DNA of 63,912 nt, counting the filler, from Folioceros fuciformis (taxonomy: Eukaryota): NCBI GenBank assembly GCA_049999805.1. It is 13 parts of 13 records of this genome, joined end to end, with 100 filler letters (N's around TTAATTAATTAA, not from the genome) between each part and the next. Parts side by side here need not be neighbours in the genome. Positions count along the whole stretch, not along the records: positions 1 to 5,487 come from JBNGIO010001642.1; positions 5,588 to 9,648 come from JBNGIO010001643.1; 11 more parts are not named here. One strand, 5' to 3'. The notes beneath the pieces were generated by a model, which saw only the letters and a list, made by a program, of their open reading frames with translations, searched no databases and was not told where the DNA came from. Of this stretch, positions 1 to 9,748 are shown piece by piece; the first letter of the stretch is position 1, and each line of letters starts with the position of its first letter. The translations under genes and the position numbers were made by a program.

Positions 1-292
1 CAAGACGGCAACTTCATATCATACTACAGTGAGTCCACAGCACAAGTCTGATCTACTGCACACAATTATTGTGGTTTGACCTGCTGTAGGTACTCACTCT
101 AAAAACTGTTCAGTGTCCAAGGAAAGGATGGCTGAAGAGGCAGGCATTGACTGGATGGATGAGAATGAAGACACATCTGACGACAACGACCCTGACTTTG
201 ATCCTAACTTTGTAGGGTTCCAGGGAATGAACAGGGAGGGGAAGTCAAGAGCCCTATCCCCCTCTTCCTCTGATGACTCTGAAGAGGTCTAA
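1..292 (+). CDS. 3' end of a spliced ORF with an acidic tail, convergent on Copia 1 (5'-partial)
   Basis: Exon 1-28, GTGAGT...TGTAG intron 29-89 and exon 90-292 give an open frame QDGNFISYYSTHSKNCSVSKERMAEEAGIDWMDENEDTSDDNDPDFDPNF...SSSDDSEEV*. No family recognised. Confidence 0.4.
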
Positions 293-379
293 ACATCCCT
301 GGTGACCATCTCATAGGTAGGAAGTTAGTGTCAGATGAATTCCAGCATGCCTAACAGCTGACTCCTCAGACAGACTCTC

Positions 380-3300
380 TTACTTGCTGTGGGACACGTT
401 TGTTATGTGGAGGGGTCCTAGGACACCCAAGGACTCCTTAAACTGATAGTGCTTCATCCTAGGTAAGGCTTTCGTAAGCAAATCCGTAGCATTAGCATCA
501 GTCGGCACATACTCAAGCTTGACTTGTTTTGTCTCAACAGCATGTTGAATGAAGTGATGATGGACTTCAACATGCTTAGTTCTGGCATGAAATACTGGAT
601 TTTGTGCCAAAGCTAACGCTGATTGATTGTCGCAATATATAGTTGTTGGTTCTCGCTGTGGTTGTCCAAGATCTGATAACAATCTTCTCAGCCAAATTGC
701 CTCTTTAGACGCCTGTGTCAAGGCAGAGTATTCTGCCTCTGTTGACGAGAGTGACACAGTCGTTTGTTTCTTTGAGGACCATGTAACTGCTCCACCAGCT
801 AGAAGAAAAGCATATGCTGAAACGGACTTCCTCGTATCAGGATCTGCTGCCCAGTCAGCATCGCAGTATCCTATCAGCATAAGCTCCTCTCCTTCAAAGG
901 CTTGTTTGGAATAATGTATACCATGATCACTCGTGCCCTTCAAATATCGAAGAATCCGCTTAACAGCTGACCAGTGTACCTTTCCTGGATTCTTGAGGTG
1001 CTGAGAGACCATGCTTATTGGGAGAGCTACATCAGGCCTACTATTGTTTGAGCAGTATATGAGTGAACCTACTGCTTGGGCATAGGGAACTGCCTCCATC
1101 TCCTGCTTATCAGCATCAGTCGCTGGAGACTGTGAGCTGGACAACTTGCAACCAAATTCAAGAGGTGTAATTGCTACCTTAGCTTCCTTGAGCTTATACT
1201 TGAATAGCATATCCAGAATATACTTTTGCTGATGTATTACCAATGTGCCACTTGCAGAGTCACGAGACAGCTGAGTGCCGAGGCAGTAGGACAACTCCCC
1301 GACATCTACCATTTCAAAGCGACCAGACAGCAGACCTTTAACTCTGGTAATCCCCTCAAGATCAGTGCCTAGGAGTATGCAATCATCTACGTACAAAGCT
1401 AGTATAACAAAACCTGTTTTGTCTTGCAGGAGATAAACATTCGAATCTGCTGAGCTTTTAAGAAAACCAAGTCCTAGCAGGAACTCATCTATGACTTCAT
1501 ACCAAGCACGGGGACTCTGCTTCAAGCCGTAGATAGTTTTGAGTAACTGACAGACCCAGTCCTCTTTCCCTTCTACCTCGTACCCCTCAGGCTGTTGCAT
1601 AAAGATATCTTCCTCTAATTTCCCATGGAGAAAGGCAGTCTTAACATCCATCTGGTGGATGAAAAGGCCAAAAAACGTAGACATGGAGAAGAGGACACGA
1701 AGAGACTGAGACTTAACTACAGGGCTAAAAGTATCATGGTAGTCTAAGCCAGGGACTTGAGAGAACCCACGAGCTACTAACCTGGCCTTGTATCTGGAGA
1801 TAGAGCCATCCGCCTTATATTTCAACTTGAACACCCACTTCGAGGTGACAATTTTCCTCCCCTGAGGCGGAGGAACTATCTTCCAGGTTTGATTGTGGAT
1901 CAATGAGTCATATTCAGACTGGATTGCTGCTTTCCAAAGCTTGGCCTCTGGCCCACTAACAGCCTCTTGATAACTTTGTGGTTCACAACCAGGTTCGAAA
2001 GCAAGGTTAACGAAATCAACCACCACTCCATCGGCAGCTGAACCAGGAGGTCGAGGGACTTTCCGAAAGTCTTCACTGCTGTAAGGTGCCTCCTTCCAAT
2101 TCTCACGTGTTCTGTGCACTCGAGTAGACCGCCGAAGAGGGGCAGGCTGGGGAATGGGCATCACATATTCGACTGGATCATCTTCGAACCGCTCAGGATG
2201 TTGAATAACAGGCTGTGGAATAACTGGGGCTGGAGGTTCATCATCGTCTGACTGTACAAGTACAGGAAGCAAGACATCATCGAGATCAGCAGGTGGATCA
2301 TCTAGATGTGTATCATCAGACTGGTCAGGGGGATCACCAAGGGCTTGTGGGGGAGGCACCACAGGTAAAGGGTTAGGAGTTGTAAAGGAAGGATCTGAGT
2401 CAGGAAACGTGGCAGATTCAAAAGCACTAACATCATCCTCTGGCTCGACAGGTTGGTTATCAACTTCTACAACATCAGGATCTGTGAAATCATCAAAGGA
2501 ATGAGCTGGCGGTTTAAGAACAGAACGCTCATCGAAAACAACTGTCCTGGCATGTGAAACCTTTCGAGTAACAGGGTCGAACAACTTATAACCATGTATA
2601 CCCGCTGTATAGCCAATGAAGATGTGACGTTTCGACTTATAGTCAAACTTGTGGCGAAGCTGATCAGGCACATGAGCATAGGCGGTACTCCCAAACACTC
2701 GGAGATGTGCCAGATCTGGTTTACACCCAGTCCACACTTCAAAGGGTGTACAGCTGCGAAGAGATGAAACAGCAGAACGATTTTGTAGGGATGTCGCAAC
2801 TTGCACTGCTTCCGCCCAGAATTTAACTGACAGTCTTCCTTGATACAGAAGAGAGCGAGCAGCATCCTGGATGGTCCTGTGACGACGCTCCGCACGTCCA
2901 TTCATATCAGAGTGATACGGAATGGTGAGTTGTCTAGTTATCCCCCTCTCCTGACAATATTCCTGGAAGGCTAGGGATAAGTACTCCTTGCCATTGTCAC
3001 TTCTGATACACTTCAGCTGATGTCCAGTCTGCCTTTCTGCGTATGCAAGGTACCGCTTGAAGCTGGAGAATACTTCACTCTTGTGGCGTAAAAGCTCTGT
3101 CACTGTGAAGTGTGACTTATCGTCCTCGAGCACAACAAAATATTTAGCGCCTCCCCAGGAGGGTACCGACATTGGGCCACATATGTCGGTATGTACAAGG
3201 TCGAGAATATCTGTTGCCTTTCGTGGTTTACCACTACCAAAATGTGACTTGAATTGCTTTCCATATACGCAGGCAACACACAACTCAAGATCAGAGAGTT

Positions 3301-4852
3301 CATGTTCACTGAATCCAGTTACCAGTTTTTCCCGAAGCATTCTTCTCATAGCTTGTATGTTGGGGTGACCCAAACGGCAGTGCCACTTAAAGGCACTACT
3401 GGAATGTCTGTCCTTGATATTCTGAATAGCAACATTAGCTATAGAAGGAGGAACATCGGAGAGAAAGTCTAACAAATATAGATCAAACAGAGGAGTTCCC
3501 CTGGCAATAACCACTGTAGGATCTGATAGACGAGATATATGGCACTCAACATTCTCAAAGGTGATTCTGTACTGGTTCATCTTTCCTAGGGCCATTGTAC
3601 TAACCAAATTCTTTGCAAGAGCTGGAACGTGAAGAGCATTCACGAGGAGTAAATAGCTGCCATCCTGTAAAGTAATCTGAATTGTTCCAGCTCCCTTGAT
3701 TGGTATTGTTGAGTTATCTCCTAACACAACTGCTGTTTGGTGACATGTAGGGGATTTCTCGTATGTGATGAAAGACTTCCTCTTTGAACACATATGGTTT
3801 GAGGCTCCACTATCTAGGAACCACTTCTGACAGCCTTCTTTTGAAGACGTGAGGCATGCCACCAACAATCCTGGTGTTGAAGCTCTAGCGGTATGAGCTT
3901 CTGATGATCTCCCCTTTACACTGTCATCTCTAGCTTTCTTTCTGCAATCCTTCACCCAATGTCCTGGCTTACCACAGTAGTTGCAGTTTCCAGGCTTTGA
4001 GGTGAAGTTAGAAGATGGCTGACTAGGAGATGAGGAGGGAGTCATGGGGTGACCACGACCCCTGCCTAAACCTCCTCTTCCTCGCCCCCTGCCACGTCCA
4101 CGCCCTCTACCCCTTCTAGAGAACAGAGCTGTATCACTCTGTTTATGAGAGGTATGAGAAGAAGAGGGGTTACTCTTCATTTGTTTCCTGTTTGCTTCGA
4201 ACTGCAACAGTGCTCCAACCACCTTTTGTACTATAAGATTTGATGTAGCTGGAGTTGTGGCCGTGGCAGGTGTGACCGTCGCCGATGTTTGAAGGCTTGA
4301 GCTAAAGAATTCATAGCTTGGTGGAAGTGATAATAACAGCTGAACTGCTGCTCTTGATTCCGAGATGATTACTCCGCAAGATGCTAGTCTGGCTCTCGCA
4401 GCCCTAAACTTTGAGACATGGCTCTCCACTGAGTCACTCTCTTTCATGCGAAGTATCTGATACTGCAGTGTAGCTGCAGCCTCTGCTACCATATCCTTCG
4501 TATCATAGGTGTCTGATAGCAAGGACCAGACCTCGTTTGAAGTCTGCGTCATTTTTATATGTGGTATCATCTCTTGAGACACAGAAGCCACAAGAATATT
4601 TCTTGCCTTCCTGTCTTTGTGTTTCCACTCTAACTCATCCTTCTGTGTGTATCTAGGTATCGTGCCACCAGGTGTAGGGGGACCAGAGGGCTGTCCATCA
4701 ACTTTTCTAGGGGCAGTCCCATCAACGACATCCATCAAGAGCTTCTCATCTAAGATACACCGTATCCTGAAACTCCAGGCATCAAAATTATGTGAGGTCA
4801 GCCTATCTTTCTCTTGCAATCTGTCAGAACCAGAATCATCCTTTGACCCCAT
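380..4852 (-). CDS. Ty1/Copia gag-pol polyprotein, 1490 aa, uninterrupted (Copia 1)
   Basis: Domain order is diagnostic of Copia: gag with zinc knuckle CNYCGKPGHWVKDC, protease WFLDSGAS, GAG-pre-integrase WHCRLGH, integrase HTDICGP..SDNGKEY..NGRAERR, RT KARLVARGFSQ..LYVDD, RNase H GYCDADWA..SSTEAEY. Confidence 0.97.
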   Translation of the reverse strand: MGSKDDSGSDRLQEKDRLTSHNFDAWSFRIRCILDEKLLMDVVDGTAPRKVDGQPSGPPTPGGTIPRYTQKDELEWKHKDRKARNILVASVSQEMIPHIKMTQTSNEVWSLLSDTYDTKDMVAEAAATLQYQILRMKESDSVESHVSKFRAARARLASCGVIISESRAAVQLLLSLPPSYEFFSSSLQTSATVTPATATTPATSNLIVQKVVGALLQFEANRKQMKSNPSSSHTSHKQSDTALFSRRGRGRGRGRGRGRGGLGRGRGHPMTPSSSPSQPSSNFTSKPGNCNYCGKPGHWVKDCRKKARDDSVKGRSSEAHTARASTPGLLVACLTSSKEGCQKWFLDSGASNHMCSKRKSFITYEKSPTCHQTAVVLGDNSTIPIKGAGTIQITLQDGSYLLLVNALHVPALAKNLVSTMALGKMNQYRITFENVECHISRLSDPTVVIARGTPLFDLYLLDFLSDVPPSIANVAIQNIKDRHSSSAFKWHCRLGHPNIQAMRRMLREKLVTGFSEHELSDLELCVACVYGKQFKSHFGSGKPRKATDILDLVHTDICGPMSVPSWGGAKYFVVLEDDKSHFTVTELLRHKSEVFSSFKRYLAYAERQTGHQLKCIRSDNGKEYLSLAFQEYCQERGITRQLTIPYHSDMNGRAERRHRTIQDAARSLLYQGRLSVKFWAEAVQVATSLQNRSAVSSLRSCTPFEVWTGCKPDLAHLRVFGSTAYAHVPDQLRHKFDYKSKRHIFIGYTAGIHGYKLFDPVTRKVSHARTVVFDERSVLKPPAHSFDDFTDPDVVEVDNQPVEPEDDVSAFESATFPDSDPSFTTPNPLPVVPPPQALGDPPDQSDDTHLDDPPADLDDVLLPVLVQSDDDEPPAPVIPQPVIQHPERFEDDPVEYVMPIPQPAPLRRSTRVHRTRENWKEAPYSSEDFRKVPRPPGSAADGVVVDFVNLAFEPGCEPQSYQEAVSGPEAKLWKAAIQSEYDSLIHNQTWKIVPPPQGRKIVTSKWVFKLKYKADGSISRYKARLVARGFSQVPGLDYHDTFSPVVKSQSLRVLFSMSTFFGLFIHQMDVKTAFLHGKLEEDIFMQQPEGYEVEGKEDWVCQLLKTIYGLKQSPRAWYEVIDEFLLGLGFLKSSADSNVYLLQDKTGFVILALYVDDCILLGTDLEGITRVKGLLSGRFEMVDVGELSYCLGTQLSRDSASGTLVIHQQKYILDMLFKYKLKEAKVAITPLEFGCKLSSSQSPATDADKQEMEAVPYAQAVGSLIYCSNNSRPDVALPISMVSQHLKNPGKVHWSAVKRILRYLKGTSDHGIHYSKQAFEGEELMLIGYCDADWAADPDTRKSVSAYAFLLAGGAVTWSSKKQTTVSLSSTEAEYSALTQASKEAIWLRRLLSDLGQPQREPTTIYCDNQSALALAQNPVFHARTKHVEVHHHFIQHAVETKQVKLEYVPTDANATDLLTKALPRMKHYQFKESLGVLGPLHITNVSHSK

Positions 4853-4878
4853 GATGCCTGTAAGTGAGAGTTCCTAAT

Positions 4879-5402
4879 TTAAAGTGGTGTAGTCGTTAGG
4901 CGAGCAAGCTGCTCCCTGAGGCTATCTATTTCCTTTTCTTGCTGTACCATTGTTCTTAGATCTGAGTTCCTCAGATTCTCAAGTCTCTCTCCTGTCTTGC
5001 CTGCAGATTATCAGCCTTAGTTGTGTACTCCAAAACAGTATTTCTTATGTTTAAGATAGAATTCAAAATAGCTTCGTGCTCTGTAACTCTCTCTGGGTAG
5101 GGTTTTGAGGTGTATCTCGGAGCACAAGTCGCCTCAGAACTGAACTGTTGATTTCTACTGCTAGTCCTGTTAGTCCTGCTTCTCTGTGGAGGCACAAAGT
5201 CCGAATCTGAATCTTGGCTGTCAAATTCTGCAGGGGATTGTGAGCAAAGGAAAACGTTGAGGAAGCGCTCCCGCTCGATTTTTTCTGCAAGAGAGATTCC
5301 CCTCTTGAAATACTTCTTATCAAAAGCAGCCGATACAGACTGCCTGAATTTTCCTTTGTCAAAAGCTGGCACAGGCTGCCTCTGAGAATTCTTGCGAGGC
5401 AT
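4879..5402 (-). CDS. Extra ORF (ORF0) upstream of Copia 1 gag, coiled-coil C-terminus, apparent 2-nt frameshift in a (GA)n run
   Basis: ATG at 5402 and stop at 4971 as sequenced. Removing one GA near 4985-4990 continues the heptad pattern QERLENLRNSDLRTMVQQEKEIDSLREQLARLTTTPL* to 4879. Confidence 0.5.
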
Positions 5403-5487
5403 CCTGCCTGTCTAAAACTAGGGTTCCAGCAATCCAAAGTATGGCATTGCATCCATCTCTCAATTAACAGCAAATAATGATGGCACA

Positions 5488-5587
5488 NNNNNNNNNNNNN
5501 NNNNNNNNNNNNNNNNNNNNNNNNNNNNNNNTTAATTAATTAANNNNNNNNNNNNNNNNNNNNNNNNNNNNNNNNNNNNNNNNNNNN
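5488..5587. other. Artificial contig spacer (first of 12)
   Basis: Identical 44N-TTAATTAATTAA-44N blocks also at 9649-9748, 14997-15096, 19639-19738, 25559-25658, 34690-34789, 39288-39387, 40854-40953, 50365-50464, 55200-55299, 57250-57349 and 62028-62127. The linker has stops in all six frames. Confidence 0.99.
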
Positions 5588-5718
5588 AGGGCGGCTGTCC
5601 TCTGCACCGCATTTCATTGCTTTGCATTGTGTCGTGTGACGGTTGGGGCGAGGCGGGGTCGGCCGGCCCGAGTTGCGCTGAGTTGAGCTGACCTGGGATG
5701 AGCTGAATTGGAGGAGAG

Positions 5719-8218
5719 ATGGGGACACTCAGACGGGGCAGATGGGTGCTCTCTGCAACAGCAGGAGTTTTAGTGCTGGCGGCGATTGTTTTAGCTTGCT
5801 CTCCCGGGGCTGTGGAAGCGGTGTCGGACTTCGATCTGGTTTCAGGTACGTGTTTTTGGGGAGCTTCCGTTGTTTAGGAAGGCGGGGAGCGCCGTGTGCT
5901 TGATCTCGGTGTGGTGTTTGACGGGGGGTTCGGTGCAGGTGGAGGGAGCTGGGAATCTAGGATAGTGGGCAGGAGCTTGAAGCAGGCTCCGGCTCCAGGT
6001 GACAATGCGGAGCTTCCCACCAACCAGACACTCATTTTGGCCGCCAACCGGACGGACAGGCGAGATCCCACGGACGGATTCAAGACGTATAAAAACGGGT
6101 GGGACATTCGGAACTCGCACTACTGGGCGGTGAGTGAGGGCCTGACTCATGCTGCTACCTGCTTGCCTACATTGTTTTTGAGGAGGGCTGGTTTTGCTTC
6201 TTCTGAGCAGTGGCAGTGACTTCTCGTTCCCTCCTGACTGCCAGTCTTTGTTTGCTGGTTCCGTAGTCTGTTGGGTGGACTGGCTTGCCCGGGTTCATCA
6301 TAGCCGCGGCATGGCTGATTCTGGGCTTGATCTTGCTGCTCCTGCTCTGCTCTTGCTGCTGCTTCTGCCCGAACCGACTGAGGAAGCGGTACCAGGGCGG
6401 GCGCGCAAGTTACGTCCTTCCGGCGATTGCTCTCATCCTCCTCACCATTGCCGCCGTGTGAGTTCTCGATGCTGGGTTTTACGGGGTTCGGGTTACCCGG
6501 GGATGGCGTCTCGCGCTCATGAATTGAGTTGTTGTTTCTGCAGTGCTGGTGCGGCTTGGCTTTACTACGGGCAGCAGAAATTTCATTCTGAAACCACGGG
6601 TACTTTAAACTACATTGTGAGTCAGTCAGATGTCACTCAGGCAAATCTGCGGAACGTGTCAGCGTTTCTGGTGACGGTCGAGAATGTTCAAGTGTTGAAT
6701 CAGAGCGTTGTGCCAGCCACCGAACGGGCTGAGCTGACCTCACTGTCCAACAGTCTGAAAAGCTCAGCTAACACTCTTCAGGAGAAGACAGAGGACAACG
6801 CTCACAAGATCCGCAAAGCTCTTGGCTGGGTGTAAGTTGGCTGGCATAGTTGTTTCTCTGCGTTTCTCTTCCTGGTTTCAGCCAGTGGTTTGGATGCCCC
6901 ATGCCTGAACATGCTTTTGCGTTTCGCAGCCGCCTTGCGTTGATTATCGTTGCGGGAGTCATGGTCTTGTTGGTGCTCATCGGACTGTGTAAGTGCAGTG
7001 TGCGGCTCAATTTGTTTCTCGCACCAACGTTATTGTGTTGTTCAAACAGGCTTTTGACGCCGCTGACGTGAGCTTGGCTATCTGTTTCACAGTCTTCGCT
7101 TTATATGGTTTCTTCTCTGTTGTCTACGTGTAAGCAGAATCTGCCCCATAGCACTCCTACTGCCTGGTTGTCCTGCCCTCGTCTCTGTTTTCTTTCCTTT
7201 GTGTATGAAACGTTTGTTCACGCGGTTCGTTTGTTCGGTCATCAGGCTGGCCTTTATTGGCTGGTTCCTGGTTGCGGCGACATGGATTTTGGTGGGGGTG
7301 TTTCTCCTTTTACACAAGTACGTAAGCCATCTTTGACAGGAGGGTAGCTGTTTTGTTCGGTTAGTGGCAGGCCCTCAGTCTCTTTATTTCCTCTGAGCGT
7401 TTGGTGCCTGCGTTGTGTGCAGTGCCATGGGAGATACGTGCGTTGCTATGGAAGAATGGACAACACATCCAGCAGCACAGACAAATCTCGACGACATCAT
7501 ACCATGTGTTGATCCAGTTGAAGCAAACCAGACCCTGCAACGTACGATAACGTACAGGGACACTGTTGTCAACATCTCAAATATAGTGATCACCGCTACA
7601 AACTCCCGGGCGGCCATCTCCTACAATGCCTCAGGCCCGGCAGTCCCTCTCCTCGGCTTAACAGGCCCTACGAATCTCTCGTCTGCCATCACGGTATGGT
7701 GCCCAAGCATCCTGGTCCTAGGCTTGTTTTCAGGTTCCTCAGACCTTGGCCATGGGGTACTGACTAAGTGGGCGGTGTTGCCTGCACAGGTCTGGGGGAG
7801 TTTTGTCTGCCAGTTCAACGGCACCATGTGCACATCACCAGGAAGGTTGACTCCAGAGGTTTACAAAGAGCTCACATTAGGGGTGTACGTCGCAAGCAAT
7901 CTGACCTACTATGGGCCTATCCTCACCGACCTGGAGAACTGCGACTTCGTCCGGGAGACTCTGACAGTGATCACCACAACCAGGTGTCCCAAGCTCATCA
8001 GATACACGAGGTGGATCTACTCGGGCCTCATACTGGTGTCAGGGGGAGCTCTGCTGGGGATCGTTCTCTGGTTGTTGTTTGTTCGCAGAACCGGTCGGCG
8101 GTCCGATCCCAGCAAGCCTCCAATCTACGGCAGAGCTGCTGCTCCAACGGCTCCCAGCGCTCCACCACCTCAAGCCCGAAACGGAGTAAGAGCTCCAGAT
8201 GGAGTACATCTTGCATGA
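5719..8218 (+). CDS. Multi-exon plant multi-pass membrane protein (Tweety-like, AT2G12400/AT1G71110 family)
   Basis: Signal-peptide exon 5719-5845 (MGTLRRGRWVLSATAGVLVLAAIVLACSPGAVEA). Exon 5939-6129 has LAANRTDRRDPTDGFKTYKNGWDIRNSHYWA, followed by SVGWTG and TM helices. Later motifs GDTCVAMEEW..LDDIIPCVD, GRLTP, L.NC.FVRET. Introns are GT-AG. Confidence 0.88.
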
Positions 8219-8917
8219 GTGGCTGGGACTGGCGCTGGGGCTATGGTATTCTTGTCTTTTGCTGAACTTGGATCTCAACTCTTTCTGGAACGTGGGACTA
8301 CTCCGGAGATTTGAGCAAGTTCAGGCTTGTAGAGCAGGGACAACGTGAGTGAGTCGTTACCCCCATGTTTGACATGGCTGACGATCTGTACAGCTGCGAT
8401 GATAGATGATTGTTGCCCTCTCTGTACAACTATGTCTGGTTTGATTGACCCAGCCTCTTTTCCCTCTTCCCAGTGTGCGACACATCTGTTGGGTTGCTGT
8501 ACTATTTCTTATAAAATCCCTTGTATTGTCTTGTCTCGAGCCTCCTGGTGACATACACCCATCAAAAATCCTCTGCGGTCCTTGTTGAGAATCTCCTGGT
8601 TGGTGACTCTGTTTCGCACATGACGACCGCCTAACCTCATGTTCCCATGTGTTCCACACGGTAGCTTGTCAAAAAAAACTTGAATAACAAGAACAAGGTT
8701 CAATCTATTCTCCCTCGATTCCAATCAGAACAGGCTGCGAAACTCGAACAAGATCAGGAAGGGACTAGCTTCAGTTTCGTTGCATCCCATGCCGTACTCT
8801 TTCTCACAACAACACCACACCCTACAGGGCACGCTAATACTAAAGCCTCCAACTTACACACTTGGTTCACCACCTTTGCACTAATCACAACACCAATAAT
8901 CAAATTACACTTAACAT

Positions 8918-9499
8918 TCAAAGTAGTGAGTAATCAAAATTATAAGAAATATAACAACCCGTCTTGTAATAACTCGTCGCATAAGATGCATCAGGACACT
9001 CTCGAGCAAGCTTATCACGGAGCTTGATCAAGCAAGCTTGACACTGTGCCGAAGTGACCATATTAGGATTGGGAATACTAGGAGGATCATCTTCAGGCTT
9101 TGCTCCATGGATAGGTTCTAAGGGAGCTTCATCATCTTCAGCCTCCAACATGATTGCATGTTTCTCTTCAACAATTTGGGTATAACAATTCACCACACCC
9201 CAAAACAATGGCACAGTATGAGTCTTATTCTCAGAATACAATGTCATCTCATGAGGCAAGCCATTGGGAAATTTCTCCTCTCCTTCATCAATGAGTATGG
9301 ATGTTGCTGCCCATATTGATGGGCTATATAGTTGCGGATAATTTGGGAGATGACCTGCACAATCTACCATTATTTGACTGTCTGCTGTTGTGTTAGCTCT
9401 TATAATATTCACTTCAAACATCATAATCACCATAATACTTAAACACCTAACTTTTTTCACATACTTGAATGACTCCATAACGTAGAATTTATGACTCAT
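8918..9499 (-). CDS. Secreted single-domain Gnk2/DUF26 (ginkbilobin-2-like) protein with an acidic insert
   Basis: Hydrophobic N-terminus, then WGVVNC...AQCQACLIKLRDKLARECPDASYATSYYKTGCYISY. This matches the Gnk2 pattern YG.AQC..C..CL......C.....A......C..RY. Intronless and AT-rich. Confidence 0.7.
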   Translation of the reverse strand: MSHKFYVMESFKYVKKVRCLSIMVIMMFEVNIIRANTTADSQIMVDCAGHLPNYPQLYSPSIWAATSILIDEGEEKFPNGLPHEMTLYSENKTHTVPLFWGVVNCYTQIVEEKHAIMLEAEDDEAPLEPIHGAKPEDDPPSIPNPNMVTSAQCQACLIKLRDKLARECPDASYATSYYKTGCYISYNFDYSLL

Positions 9500-9748
9500 T
9501 AGGACTTAAGACACTAAACTCGTGAAACATAAGTGTTATATGATAAAGCCATCATAATCTTTCTGATAGTTGTAGTAGGAACAAGTGTAAGAAAGAATTT
9601 TGTGGGTTTTTATTTATTATTATTTTTCTAATTTCATGTAATAATGAGNNNNNNNNNNNNNNNNNNNNNNNNNNNNNNNNNNNNNNNNNNNNTTAATTAA
9701 TTAANNNNNNNNNNNNNNNNNNNNNNNNNNNNNNNNNNNNNNNNNNNN

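Larger units (their letters stand above)
380..5487 (-). mobile_element. Ty1/Copia LTR retrotransposon internal region (LTRs not in the contig)
   Basis: gag-pol plus the upstream region; no LTR or PBS visible before the contig ends. Confidence 0.85.
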
